A DNA stretch of 64,000 bases from Vicinamibacterales bacterium (GCA_030827135.1 JAURFE010000001.1:26569-90568); one strand, 5' to 3'. Positions 1-9,725 are shown, counted from the first letter of the stretch. The notes: a model not told the origin generated them from the letters alone. Numbers and translations: made by a program.

Positions 1-54
1 GGCAACAGGACAGCAATACAAGACGCATCGTGTGAGTCTCTCGCGTGGCGTGTG

Positions 55-285
55 TCATCTGTCTCTTGGGCGGGCCACTATCCAGAGCAGCCCAACAGCC
101 CCGACCGCGCACGCGATCAGGATGGTGATGATCCGAGGCGAGAGTCCTTCGTCGTAGCCGATGGCGCCCCTTCGGACGAACCAGCCAGCGACAAAGGCCA
201 GCGACACCGCCGCCAACAACAGCCCGCTCCGGCTCCGGCCGCGCCGGATCAGCACGCCCCCGGCCAGGGCCACGGCGCCCATCAC
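55..285 (-). CDS. hypothetical small membrane protein
   Basis: 76-aa ORF with a GTG start. Two hydrophobic stretches (GAVALAGGVLI, IITILIACAVGAVGLLWIV). No family recognised. A second short hydrophobic ORF in another frame lies at 282-401. Confidence 0.3.
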   Translation of the reverse strand: MMGAVALAGGVLIRRGRSRSGLLLAAVSLAFVAGWFVRRGAIGYDEGLSPRIITILIACAVGAVGLLWIVARPRDR

Positions 286-408
286 GATGCCGAACCAGCA
301 GGCCTGTGGGTACCACCGGTCTCAACGTGCCGCCAGAGTCCCACGGCGACAGTGACCAGACTGAAGAGGGTCGTTGCGGCACCTGCCAGTGTCGTATTCA
401 TGTGTCAC

Positions 409-1857
409 CTAACCCAACTTGAAAAACTGGCGCATGCGGGCCAGCAGCGACGCCGTCGCCGCAGCCGGCGAGACGCCCGGGGCGGCTTTCACGGCATCGA
501 GCTCGTGCCGCCGAGTGGCGGCGGCTTCGGCCAACGCGTCGAGCACGCCGGGGTGACTGCGCACGTGCGCCCCGAATGCGTCGGCAGAAATCTCCAGCAC
601 GGTACTGTCGCAGCGGGCGGTCACGGTGGCGGAACGTGGATCGCCCGTCAGGAGCGACATCTCACCGAAGTACCCACCCGCATCGGTCACCGCCACCTCG
701 CGCCGGTCGGGGCCGACCGTGATCGCGAGCGAACCATCCGTCACCAGGAACATCGACGCGCCCGGCTCCCCTTCCGTGACGACCACCTCACCGCGCCCGA
801 ACAGCCGCTCGCGCGCGGCGGCGGCCAGCGCGGTGTGCACGTCCGATCCCACCGCGGCAAAGATCGGCGCGGCGGCGATCTGGGCCGCCTGCCGGCGCCG
901 GACCGCGTCCACATCCACCGGTTCTTCGAAGCGCTGATATTCGATTTGGATCGGCCAGGGAATCTCAATCCCGCGACGGCGGAACTCGTAGTAGATGGCG
1001 GTGCGCACCTCATCACGCGCGCGCTCGTCGGTTTCAAAATCCTGCACCCAGAAACGCGCCCGGAAGATCAGTGCCGACGCGCCGAAGTCCAGGAGCACCA
1101 CGTCGGCGGCCGGCTCCTTGAGCACCCGCAGGCAACGCGCGAGCGCCGTGAGGATGGCCTCGCGCACGACGTTCGGCGGGATCTGGTATCCCGTGCCGAC
1201 CTCCACGAACAAGCGGGTCGGGGCGATCGGCTCCGAGTAGTTGGTAATCGCTTCCTTGCCCACGATGTTGTTGGGCACGATGACCAGATTGCCGGCCTTG
1301 GTCTGAATCTTGGTGGCCCGCCAGGTGATCTCCGTCACGCGGCCCTGGAAGGCCCCCACTTCAATCCAGTGGCCTGGTTTGAACGGACGGTCGATCTGCA
1401 GGGCCAGACCGGCGAAAAAATTGCCGAGGGTGTCCTGCAACGCAAAGCCAATGACCACGGCGCCGATGGCGGATGCGGCGAACAACTGGTCGGGAAACAC
1501 CAGCGTGACCACGAGCAGGAATACGCCGAGCACCAACGCGCCCTGCACGATGCCAGGCGCACGCTCCGTGGCCCGCTCGCTGAACCAGGGATGAAAGAGC
1601 AGCACCGTCACCGTCTGGATGAAGGCAAGGGTCAGCAGCAACTTTTCGACGCCGAAGATACTCGCACCAAACCCGGGCGGCAGCGGTGCCGTCATCAGCG
1701 TCACATGCGCCGCGAGCGCGGCCAGGGCCACGCCCAGCGTGAGCCGCAGACGCCGACGCAGCGCAGGGTTGCGGGCGAACACATAGACCGCCAGCGCCGC
1801 GAACAACAGCGCGACGCCGGCCAGGAAGTGCGGACTGGTCAGCCGTGCGGTCTCCAC
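409..1857 (-). CDS. MscS-family mechanosensitive channel with C-terminal cyclic-nucleotide-binding domain (bCNG-type)
   Basis: 482-aa ORF. N-terminal TM helices, MscS beta-domain (PFKPGHWIEVGAFQGRVTEITWRATKIQTKAGNLVIVPNN) and a C-terminal cNMP phosphate-binding cassette (FGEMSLLTGDPRSATVTA). GTG start 1 nt after the stop of the upstream gene. Confidence 0.85.
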   Translation of the reverse strand: METARLTSPHFLAGVALLFAALAVYVFARNPALRRRLRLTLGVALAALAAHVTLMTAPLPPGFGASIFGVEKLLLTLAFIQTVTVLLFHPWFSERATERAPGIVQGALVLGVFLLVVTLVFPDQLFAASAIGAVVIGFALQDTLGNFFAGLALQIDRPFKPGHWIEVGAFQGRVTEITWRATKIQTKAGNLVIVPNNIVGKEAITNYSEPIAPTRLFVEVGTGYQIPPNVVREAILTALARCLRVLKEPAADVVLLDFGASALIFRARFWVQDFETDERARDEVRTAIYYEFRRRGIEIPWPIQIEYQRFEEPVDVDAVRRRQAAQIAAAPIFAAVGSDVHTALAAAARERLFGRGEVVVTEGEPGASMFLVTDGSLAITVGPDRREVAVTDAGGYFGEMSLLTGDPRSATVTARCDSTVLEISADAFGAHVRSHPGVLDALAEAAATRRHELDAVKAAPGVSPAAATASLLARMRQFFKLG

Positions 1858-1858
1858 G

Positions 1859-2938
1859 TCAGCCCGTGATGCCCTTCCGGAATGCCGCGACCTCGGCGGG
1901 CGTCACGGTGACCGTGACACTCCGCGGGTTCGGACCGCCCTTCGCATCGCGGTCGGGATTAACGCCGCGTGAGCCCGCTGACGCCACGGCGCCCGTGTTC
2001 GTACGTTCCACGCCCAGCTTCGACGACAGGCCGCCGAGGCCGAACTTGCTCTGGGGCTCGGCCGGCGTCGTCCCGGTGGCCGTGGTGGCGACCGCGGTCA
2101 CCGGCACGGGTTTGTACGTGATCGCGGCCGTATAACGCGCGGCCACAGTCGCGGTCGCGGTCAGCTTCTCGGACGAAATCTGCTTCGTCAGGCGTTCGAC
2201 GCGCGTTTTTGTTTCCGGGTGCGAGGCAAACACGCCGCTGGGTTCCTTCAGGTCCTTGTTGCGCTCGGACAGCCGCGTCAGAAACGCGCCGACACCGCCG
2301 GGGGCATACCCCGCGCCGTTCGCGAGACGAATGCCGCCCTGATCCGACGCCGTCTCATCGCCCCGATCGTACCGGTTCTCGAGCAGGTTCTCGTAGGCGC
2401 GGTCGATCAGGTATTCGAGCAGTTCGCTCCGCGTGATCGTCTCGGCCGCCGCCCCCTGCACCTTCGCCTTCTTGATGGCGTTGATGGTGTGCTTTTCGGT
2501 GACATGGAGAATCTCGTGGCTCAACACGCCGGCCAGTTCCGCCTCGGTCCGGATGAGCGCCAGTGCGCCACGCGTGATGTGGATGTAGCCGCCCGGCGCG
2601 GCAAACGCGTTTACGCCATCGGTGTCGAGCACGATGAAGGTCCACGCCAGGTTCGGGCGCGTACTCGAGCCGGCCAGCACCCGGCCCACAAGCGACACAT
2701 ATTTGTGCACCGGTGCACTCTGGACGACACCGTATTTCTCGCGCAGGCGGGCGCTGATCGCGGCGCCCATGTCCGTCTCTTCCTGCTCCGTGATGACCAG
2801 ATCCTTGATTTGATCGGCCAGGCCCCTGGCCTTGTTGACATTGACCGCTCCCTGGGCCACCTTGCCGAGCGCCCCTTGCGCGGACGCGTCCCCGGCCAGA
2901 CCGACTACCACCATCCCGACAAGCAGCGCCTGCCTCAT
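1859..2938 (-). CDS. secreted M48-family zinc metallopeptidase
   Basis: 359-aa ORF. Signal peptide (LLVGMVVVGLAGDASAQ), HEXXH motif (HEILHVTEKH) and downstream ETASDQGG. The ATG overlaps the stop of the cyclase gene (ATGA). Confidence 0.85.
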   Translation of the reverse strand: MRQALLVGMVVVGLAGDASAQGALGKVAQGAVNVNKARGLADQIKDLVITEQEETDMGAAISARLREKYGVVQSAPVHKYVSLVGRVLAGSSTRPNLAWTFIVLDTDGVNAFAAPGGYIHITRGALALIRTEAELAGVLSHEILHVTEKHTINAIKKAKVQGAAAETITRSELLEYLIDRAYENLLENRYDRGDETASDQGGIRLANGAGYAPGGVGAFLTRLSERNKDLKEPSGVFASHPETKTRVERLTKQISSEKLTATATVAARYTAAITYKPVPVTAVATTATGTTPAEPQSKFGLGGLSSKLGVERTNTGAVASAGSRGVNPDRDAKGGPNPRSVTVTVTPAEVAAFRKGITG

Positions 2939-4812
2939 CTCATCTCCCCCGTCTCTGCCAGCACTTCGTGCACGACCACCCGCTGGGTCTTTCCCTTCAC
3001 GGCAATCGCACCAATTTCCCGCATCGCCACCGGCGTCGTCAGCCGCGCCCGTGTCGCCTCGCTGATGAGAATCCGGGCGTAATGATCCTTGGTGGCCGAC
3101 TCCAGACGCGCCCCCAGGTTCACAGCATCACCGATCACCGTGTAACTCATCACCGTGTCGGAGCCGATGTTACCCGCAATCATCTCCCCCGAGTTGATCC
3201 CGATGCCGATCTCCAGCGTCGGCCGCCCCTGCGCCATCCAGCCGGCATTGAGCCGATCCAGTTCCCGCAGCATGTCCAGCGCCGCCGCCACGGCGTGATC
3301 CGCATGCCGTGGGTCGGCTATGGGCGCCCCGAAGAGCCCCATCACCATGTCGCCGACAAACTTGTCGAGCGTGCCGTGGTGACGGAACAGGACGCGCACC
3401 ATGGCGGAGAAATATTCATTGAGTTGTGCCACCACGGCCTCGGGCGTGGCCATCTCGGAGGCGGTCGTGAATCCGCGGATATCGGAAAACAGGACGGACA
3501 TCTCGCGGCGTTGGCCCCCCAGGCGCGCGAGGGACGGATCCGCCACGAGGTGCGCAAAGACGTCCGGTGACACATAGCGGCCAAACAGGACCTTCATCGC
3601 ACGCTTCTGCCGGCCCTCGACAAAATACTGCCAGGCCGTGCCGCCGAATGTCGCCAGTGCCAGACCGAGCACGGGCGCCACCAGGCCGATCCACACGCCG
3701 TTCCCCAGCGCCGCTGTCAGCAGCCAGACCAGGGCCGCGCCGATCGCGGCGACCACGACCACCGCCCACGCCACCGGCAGCACCACACTGCCCACGCCCG
3801 CCGCCACGCTGGCAGCCGCGGTCACCGCCAGATCAACGGGCCAGCCGGCCTTCCGCATGAACTGTTTCGACAACACATCGTCAGCCGCTGCGGCATGCAA
3901 CTGCATGCCGGGCATCGCCGGGCCTCCGAACGGCGAAGGGAACGTGTCCTTCAGCCCGGCCGCCGTCGTGCCGATAAAGACGTACTTGTCACGAAACTCC
4001 GACGGATCCACCAGCGGCGTCGCCCCGTTCAACAGGAGGTCTTCGGAGCGCAGCAGATCGATGAAGGCATAGGTCGTGTAGGTGCGCTGCTGCGCGGCGT
4101 CGGCGTACGGACCGCGCAGCCGGAGCAACATCTGGCTGTCGGGCGCAGGGAGCAGCGGGACCTGCGCCAGATCCGCCTCCGAGACATCGCCAGTCGCCAG
4201 TGCGGTGGCCAACCCGAGCCACGGCACCTGGCGGCCCTGCGCTTCAACAAACGGCCAGATGCGCCGGGCGGTGCCATCCGCGTCCAGTTGCAGGTAGGTG
4301 TGGCCGATGCCCGCCGCGACCGCCGCGAGCTCGGCAAACGGCAGTCGTAATTCGGGACGCGCCGCCACGCCGGTAATGGCGCTCGTGCCGATCGGTCCGT
4401 CGGTCGCGCGCCCCTCGTAGATCGCTTCCGCAGGCAGCACCACGTTGCCGGCGCGGCGCACGCTCTCCACGAACGCGGCGTCGGACTCCGGATTCCGCAG
4501 GTCGCGATCCACAAACAACACGTCGTACGCGATCACGCGGGCGTCTCCGCGCACCAGGAAATCCACCACAGCGGCGTGGATCATCCTCGGCCACGGCCAG
4601 GCCCCGAACGTGGGTTCCAGCAGGCGCAGTGAGGTCTCGTCGATCTCGACCAGCACCAGATCATCCCGGGCCTCTGCGGCCCGGTGGGTGGCGGCCAGCC
4701 GGCGGTCGTATGTGGAGAGTTCCTGGTCGGCGAACACGCCGAGGCGACCCAATCCCGACGCCAGGATCCCGGCGGCGGCGCCGATCGCCAGACCTATCGC
4801 GAGCTTTCGCAT
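2935..4812 (-). CDS. CHASE2-domain adenylate/guanylate cyclase (class III)
   Basis: 625-aa ORF. N-terminal TM helix, an extracytoplasmic CHASE2-like region, three TM helices, then a class III cyclase domain (MSVLFSDIRGFT...FVGDMVMGLFGAP...GINSGEMIAGNIGS). Confidence 0.9.
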   Translation of the reverse strand: MRKLAIGLAIGAAAGILASGLGRLGVFADQELSTYDRRLAATHRAAEARDDLVLVEIDETSLRLLEPTFGAWPWPRMIHAAVVDFLVRGDARVIAYDVLFVDRDLRNPESDAAFVESVRRAGNVVLPAEAIYEGRATDGPIGTSAITGVAARPELRLPFAELAAVAAGIGHTYLQLDADGTARRIWPFVEAQGRQVPWLGLATALATGDVSEADLAQVPLLPAPDSQMLLRLRGPYADAAQQRTYTTYAFIDLLRSEDLLLNGATPLVDPSEFRDKYVFIGTTAAGLKDTFPSPFGGPAMPGMQLHAAAADDVLSKQFMRKAGWPVDLAVTAAASVAAGVGSVVLPVAWAVVVVAAIGAALVWLLTAALGNGVWIGLVAPVLGLALATFGGTAWQYFVEGRQKRAMKVLFGRYVSPDVFAHLVADPSLARLGGQRREMSVLFSDIRGFTTASEMATPEAVVAQLNEYFSAMVRVLFRHHGTLDKFVGDMVMGLFGAPIADPRHADHAVAAALDMLRELDRLNAGWMAQGRPTLEIGIGINSGEMIAGNIGSDTVMSYTVIGDAVNLGARLESATKDHYARILISEATRARLTTPVAMREIGAIAVKGKTQRVVVHEVLAETGEMR

Positions 4813-5053
4813 CCGGCGGCAAGCTTACTACTGCCGGCGGTGCTGGCGAGGTCGAGCCGCCCCTCCGCCACCGTGGCCCGCAGGCGCCGGGTCTCCGGTA
4901 TGGAAACAGCCGGCGTGGCCCCCGACACCGTCAGTGTGGAGAGAACCCCCAGGAGCACACATCCGAGAAATCGTCCAGGCCTGTGAGGCGCCTCCAATGA
5001 CCGGAGTGCTAACACGCGGTTGGGCCTTATCATGGCCGCGAGGTGAAACAGCC

Positions 5054-5254
5054 GTGACGACCGACCGAAAACCAGAACGGCTCCCGAGCGACGTCGTGAC
5101 GCCGCGCCGCACGCCGCACGCGACGGCCCAGCGGGATTCTCAGGTATCCACCGACGTCTGTCCGCGGTGCAGCGAGTCGGTCAACCTCGCGCTGATCAAG
5201 GGCTGCCTCCGCTGCATGAACTGCGGATTCAAATGGGACTGCAACGGCTGGTAA
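5054..5254 (+). CDS. hypothetical small zinc-ribbon protein (resembles the C-terminal tail of class II ribonucleotide reductase)
   Basis: GTG start preceded by GAGGTG 8 nt upstream. The C-terminus CPRCSESVNLALIKGCLRCMNCGFKWDC is a CxxC...CxxC ribbon. An alternative ATG lies at 4997. It sits alone in a 470-bp gap. Confidence 0.3.
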   Translation: MTTDRKPERLPSDVVTPRRTPHATAQRDSQVSTDVCPRCSESVNLALIKGCLRCMNCGFKWDCNGW

Positions 5255-5283
5255 AGTCACCGGCCGCCTGGACGTTTATTTGA

Positions 5284-7704
5284 TTATTTGATCTGCGCCG
5301 CGTCGATCGCGTACATCCCTCGCCCGTAGGTCGAAACCACGATGAGGTGGTCCTGCGGGTGATACTGCAGGTCCGAGACCTGGGTCGAGGGCAGATTTCC
5401 ACCCAGAACCTCCCAGCGCGCCCCTCCGGTGGTCGACACATACACGCCGAAGTCCGTGCCCGCGAACAGGATGTTCGGGTTGGTCGGATGTTCACGAATC
5501 ACGTTTACCGGACCGGCCGGAATGTTGTTCACGACACTGGTGAACGACTTGCCGAAATCCGTCGACTTGTAGATGTACGGCGCAAAGTCGTCGTCCTCGC
5601 GTCCCCGCTGCGTGACATACACGGTGCCCTCGGCGTGCTGCGACGGCAGCAGCCGCGAGACCCAGCGCCGCACCGGCAACCGGCTCGTCAGTTCGGTCCA
5701 CTCCTTGCCTGTGTCAATCGTCGTATGCAGCCGTCCGTCGTCGGACCCGACGTAGATGAGACCGGCCTTCTTCGGGGACTCTGCAAGCGCCACGATGGAC
5801 TGGTACGGGATGGCGTTGGAGTTGCGAATCAACATCTGATCGCTGTTGTTGTCCGTCAGGTCGGGACTGATCCGCTCGAACCCCTCGCCCTGATTGGTCG
5901 AGCGATAGACGTACTGGTAGCCCGCGTAGATCACCCGGTTGTCGTGCGGCGAGACGATGATGGGCGCCATCCACTGCGCGCGCAGCTCGGCGTCGGGCGG
6001 ATTGGGCGGCTGGATGTTGGTGACGCGCTGCGGCCCCTGAGGCGCGGGCGGCGCGCCGGCCGCACCTGCGCCGCGGCCGCGGCCTCGGGCGGGCGCGGCC
6101 ACCGACAGGTCGGTCCGGCTGAAGTTGCCGTAGAACCCATGGGAATACACGATGTTGGGGTTGGTGGGATCGATCGCGTGGTTGGAGCCCTCGCCGCCAG
6201 GCGCCCCTTCCCACGCCACCGCCGGAATGGTGGTGCGCCCCTTCGAAAGATCGACACGGCCGCGACGCGACCCGTGGTCCTGAATCGAGCCGTAGGCCCA
6301 CGACGCCGGGCGCGAGTTGTCGAGCGTCACGTTGTAGAACTGCGCCCCGGCCGCCGAGACCGCAAACACCCAGGTCGCGCCGCCGTCGAGCGAGTGGTAC
6401 ACCCCGCCGTCGTTCGCGTTGTAGAGCTTCTTCGGGTCGGCCGGATCGATCCAGAGCCCGTGGTGGTCACCGTGGACGCCGCCGGTGTTGCTCGCGTCCA
6501 CGTTGCTCACCGAGGTCCCCTGCACCCGGGTGAACGTCTTGCCGCCGTCCACCGACCGGTTCAGCGCCAGGCCCATCGTGTAGATCGTGTTCTCGTTCGC
6601 GGGGTCCACGCGAATCTGGCCGAACACCCAGCCGTACGTTCCGGAGTGTTCAATCATGAAGTCGTTGCTGTCGCTCACCTTCGCCCACGTGCGGCCCTTG
6701 TCGCTGGTGCGGTACACCTCGGCGGCCTTGATGCGGCCGTTGGTGATGGGCCGGCCGTAGGCGTCGCGTTCGCCCGGCTGCGGGCCGCGGCCCTCCTCGT
6801 AGTTGTCGACAAATGCGTACAGCACGTTGGAGTTGGATCGCGCGACATCGATTCCGATACGGCCGCGGAACTGGGGCGCCGGCAGCCCCTGGCTGGCGTC
6901 GGTCCAGGTGGCACCACCGTCGGTCGACTTGAAGACGCCGCTTTCGGTGTAGCCGGGTTCGACGCGCGGGTCACTCCACTTGCGGCGGATGCGCTGCCAC
7001 ATCGCGGCGTAGAGCACATTCGGGTCGGCCGGGTCCATCACGAGATCGATGGCCCCGGTGCGCGGGCTCTTGTAGAACACCTTCGTCCAGGTCCGTCCGC
7101 CGTCGGTGGTCTTGAACACTCCGCGCATCTCGTTGTCGGTCCACTCATGCCCTGACGCCGCCACGTAGACGATGTCGGGATTGGACGGGTGCACGAGGAT
7201 GCGGGCAATCGTCTGCGTATCGGTCAGGCCCATGTGGGTGAACGTCCGCCCAGCGTCGGTCGACTTGTAGATGCCCGTCCCGGCCATCGAGGCGCGGAAG
7301 ATGTTGGCCTCCCCGGTGCCGACCCAGACGATGTTGGGATTTGAAGGCGCGACGGCGATGTCGCCGATGCTGGTCGACGCCTCGTGCTCGAAGATCGCGC
7401 GCCACGTCTTGCCGTGATCGTCGCTCTTCCAGACACCCGAGGTGGCGTAGGCCGCGTAGAGATGCCGCGCGCCGCCGACGTCCACCACGGCCACGTCGGT
7501 GGCGCGTCCGCTCACGTTGGTCGGACCGAGGTACTGCCAGGCTGCCGTCCGATAGGGCGAGGCATCACGCATCGAGCGATACGTGCCCCAGGCCCGCAGC
7601 AGGCCGTCCGCATCCATTCCCACCGGCGCCTGTTGCGCCGCCGGAATCGCCAGCGCCGCCACTGTCGCCACCACACACCCAAGTGTCCATCCCACACGTG
7701 TCAT
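5284..7704 (-). CDS. secreted BNR/sortilin(VPS10)-like repeat protein
   Basis: 806-aa ORF with a signal peptide and repeated S-x-D-x-G-x-T-W motifs (SDDHGKTW, STDAGRTF, TTDGGRTW, STDGGATW, SVDGGKTF, SLDGGATW, STTGGARW). Confidence 0.8.
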   Translation of the reverse strand: MTRVGWTLGCVVATVAALAIPAAQQAPVGMDADGLLRAWGTYRSMRDASPYRTAAWQYLGPTNVSGRATDVAVVDVGGARHLYAAYATSGVWKSDDHGKTWRAIFEHEASTSIGDIAVAPSNPNIVWVGTGEANIFRASMAGTGIYKSTDAGRTFTHMGLTDTQTIARILVHPSNPDIVYVAASGHEWTDNEMRGVFKTTDGGRTWTKVFYKSPRTGAIDLVMDPADPNVLYAAMWQRIRRKWSDPRVEPGYTESGVFKSTDGGATWTDASQGLPAPQFRGRIGIDVARSNSNVLYAFVDNYEEGRGPQPGERDAYGRPITNGRIKAAEVYRTSDKGRTWAKVSDSNDFMIEHSGTYGWVFGQIRVDPANENTIYTMGLALNRSVDGGKTFTRVQGTSVSNVDASNTGGVHGDHHGLWIDPADPKKLYNANDGGVYHSLDGGATWVFAVSAAGAQFYNVTLDNSRPASWAYGSIQDHGSRRGRVDLSKGRTTIPAVAWEGAPGGEGSNHAIDPTNPNIVYSHGFYGNFSRTDLSVAAPARGRGRGAGAAGAPPAPQGPQRVTNIQPPNPPDAELRAQWMAPIIVSPHDNRVIYAGYQYVYRSTNQGEGFERISPDLTDNNSDQMLIRNSNAIPYQSIVALAESPKKAGLIYVGSDDGRLHTTIDTGKEWTELTSRLPVRRWVSRLLPSQHAEGTVYVTQRGREDDDFAPYIYKSTDFGKSFTSVVNNIPAGPVNVIREHPTNPNILFAGTDFGVYVSTTGGARWEVLGGNLPSTQVSDLQYHPQDHLIVVSTYGRGMYAIDAAQIK

Positions 7705-7863
7705 TGCTGTGCTCCTTCAGCGCTTCGCCGGCGCCCATCATACTGGCAGGGGGGCTATCCCCACCATCAGACGGAGGGCCCGCCGGATTTTCGGCGCCGC
7801 GCCCGGGCGCTACCGTGAGGCATCGCGCTCAGTTCAGGGCGTGATAGAAACGGAAGGCCTCTG

Positions 7864-9093
7864 ATGACCTGGATTACCTCGACCGCCCGCGCACTCGGCC
7901 ACCTGCTGCTCAACCTGCCGCTGGGCGTTCTGTATTTCACTGTGCTGGCCGTGGGGCTGTCGCTTGGCGCTGGCCTGCTCATCACGCTGGTCGGTATTCC
8001 AATCCTGATCGGCATGGGCTGGGTCGTGCGCACACTGGCTGACGTTGAGCGGGCCCGGTTGAACGCCTTCCTCGCCACCACATTGCGGGCTCCCTACCGC
8101 GAACCGGCACCCGAGACCGGATGGGTCGCGCGGCTCGCAGCTATTGCGAAGGACCCGGCGACCTGGCGCGACTTCCTGTATCTGGCTCTTCGCCTTCCGA
8201 TCGGCATCGTCACGTTCGCCACCATGATCGCGGCGTGGGCCATCACGATGGCCTTGCTCCTGTCGCCGGTGTCCTACTGGCTGGGCTTCTTCCGGGTCGA
8301 CATCGCCGGCTTGGTCTTTGATGGGCCCAAGACGATGGTGCTGGCCACGATCGCCGGCCTGATGTCGGTGGTGCTGGCCGTCGCAACCACGCACGGTTTG
8401 GCGAAGCTGGAACGCATGCTGGCGTCTGCCCTGCTTGACACGTCGCCTGAAGAACTCAAGCGCCGTGTGGACGACGTGACGCGGAGTCGCAGCCGCACCA
8501 TGACCGCCGCCGACCAGGAGCGTCGTCGTCTCGAACGCGACCTGCATGATGGGGCGCAGCAGCGCCTGGTTTCGCTGGCGATGACGCTCGGACTCGCGCA
8601 GGAGAAGCTGGAATCGGATCCGGAACAGGGCGCGCGTCTGGTGCGTGAGGCGCATGACGAAGCCAAACGTGCATTGCAGGACCTGCGCGATCTGGCGCGG
8701 GGCCTGCACCCGGCGATCCTGACCGACCACGGTCTTGAGGCCGCACTGCCGGCGCTGGCGGCACGCTGCCCGATTCCCGCCCGCGTGGACGTGGCGGTGT
8801 CGCCGCGGCCGGGTGTGGCCGCCGAATCTGCGGCGTACTTTGTTGTGGCCGAGGCGCTGACGAATGCCGCGCGCCACTCGCGGGCGACGCAGGTGCGCGT
8901 CACGGCTCGTCGCGAACAGGATCTGTTGACGGTCGACGTGTGGGATGACGGAATCGGCAATGCCACGGCGACGCCCGGTGGCGGTCTGGCGGGGCTGACC
9001 GATCGCGTGGAGGCACTGGAGGGCCGTTTGACGATCTCGAGCCCCGACCGGGGACCTACGCTGCTTCATGTGGAGATTCCGTGCGGGTCGTGA
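7864..9093 (+). CDS. sensor histidine kinase (HisKA_3/NarL-partner type) with polytopic N-terminal sensor domain
   Basis: 409-aa ORF. Multiple TM helices, H-box DLHDGAQQRLVSL, and an ATPase G-box (WDDGIG...GGGLAGLTDRVEAL). Confidence 0.9.
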   Translation: MTWITSTARALGHLLLNLPLGVLYFTVLAVGLSLGAGLLITLVGIPILIGMGWVVRTLADVERARLNAFLATTLRAPYREPAPETGWVARLAAIAKDPATWRDFLYLALRLPIGIVTFATMIAAWAITMALLLSPVSYWLGFFRVDIAGLVFDGPKTMVLATIAGLMSVVLAVATTHGLAKLERMLASALLDTSPEELKRRVDDVTRSRSRTMTAADQERRRLERDLHDGAQQRLVSLAMTLGLAQEKLESDPEQGARLVREAHDEAKRALQDLRDLARGLHPAILTDHGLEAALPALAARCPIPARVDVAVSPRPGVAAESAAYFVVAEALTNAARHSRATQVRVTARREQDLLTVDVWDDGIGNATATPGGGLAGLTDRVEALEGRLTISSPDRGPTLLHVEIPCGS

Positions 9094-9725
9094 TTGCAGA
9101 TGATTCGGTGTTGCTGCGGGCAGGCCTTGCGCGCCTGCTCGCAGACGCCACGTACGAGGTCGTGGCGTCGGTGGGCGACGCCCCGGCGCTGCTCGCCGCC
9201 GTGGATCAGCACCACCCGGATGTAGCGATCGTGGATGTGCGCATGCCGCCGGGCTACTCCGACGAGGGCCTGCGGGCCGCCGTGCAACTGCGGCGCACCC
9301 ACCGCGATCTGGGGGTGCTGGTGCTGTCGCAATATGTCGAAGAGCCGGCCGCGCAGGAACTGCTGGCGCTCGGCGCGCGCGGCGTCGGGTATCTGCTCAA
9401 GGACCGCGTGGCCGACGTCAGGGAGTTCATCGACGCGGTGACGCGCGTCGCCCATGGCGGCACCGCGCTCGATCCGGAAGTCATCGCCCAGGTCATGGCC
9501 CGTCGTCGTCGCGACGATCCGCTTGGGCCACTGACACCGAGAGAGCGTGAGGTGCTGGCGCTCATGGCCGAGGGCCGCAGCAACACCGCCATTGCCGAGC
9601 GCCTGCAGATTGGCGACGGCGCGGTCGAGAAACACATCAGCCACATCTTCTCGAAACTCGCACTCGAGCCGGACGACTCGGACCATCGTCGCGTGCTCGC
9701 GGTCCTGGCGTTTCTCAAGGCGTAG
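9081..9725 (+). CDS. NarL/LuxR-family response regulator
   Basis: 214-aa ORF. Receiver domain (VVIADD...VDVRMP) plus a LuxR HTH (LTPREREVLALMAEGRSNTAIAERLQIGDGAVEKHISHIFSKL). Overlaps the kinase gene by 13 nt. Confidence 0.9.
   Translation: MRVVIADDSVLLRAGLARLLADATYEVVASVGDAPALLAAVDQHHPDVAIVDVRMPPGYSDEGLRAAVQLRRTHRDLGVLVLSQYVEEPAAQELLALGARGVGYLLKDRVADVREFIDAVTRVAHGGTALDPEVIAQVMARRRRDDPLGPLTPREREVLALMAEGRSNTAIAERLQIGDGAVEKHISHIFSKLALEPDDSDHRRVLAVLAFLKA

Noticed and set aside
282-401. Short hydrophobic ORF (MNTTLAGAATTLFSLVTVAVGLW...) upstream of the 55-285 ORF, possibly one frameshifted membrane gene
   Set aside because: Both pieces are very short, lack homology I can recognise and lie in different frames. 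The evidence is insufficient to call a gene or a frameshift.
52-1869. 605-aa ORF on the plus strand, the longest in this region
   Set aside because: It lies antisense to the MscS-cNMP gene, which has clear family motifs. Its translation is Arg/Pro/Gly-rich low complexity with no motif. This is a typical high-GC shadow ORF.
4813-5053. Possible cobalamin riboswitch upstream of the NrdJ-tail-like small ORF
   Set aside because: A few fragments (gccaccgtgg, cccccgacaccgtcagtgtgg) loosely recall B12-element pieces. However, the order, the GGGAA/GUGAAAUCC core and the B12 box (AGCCAGGAGACCUGCC) are not present.
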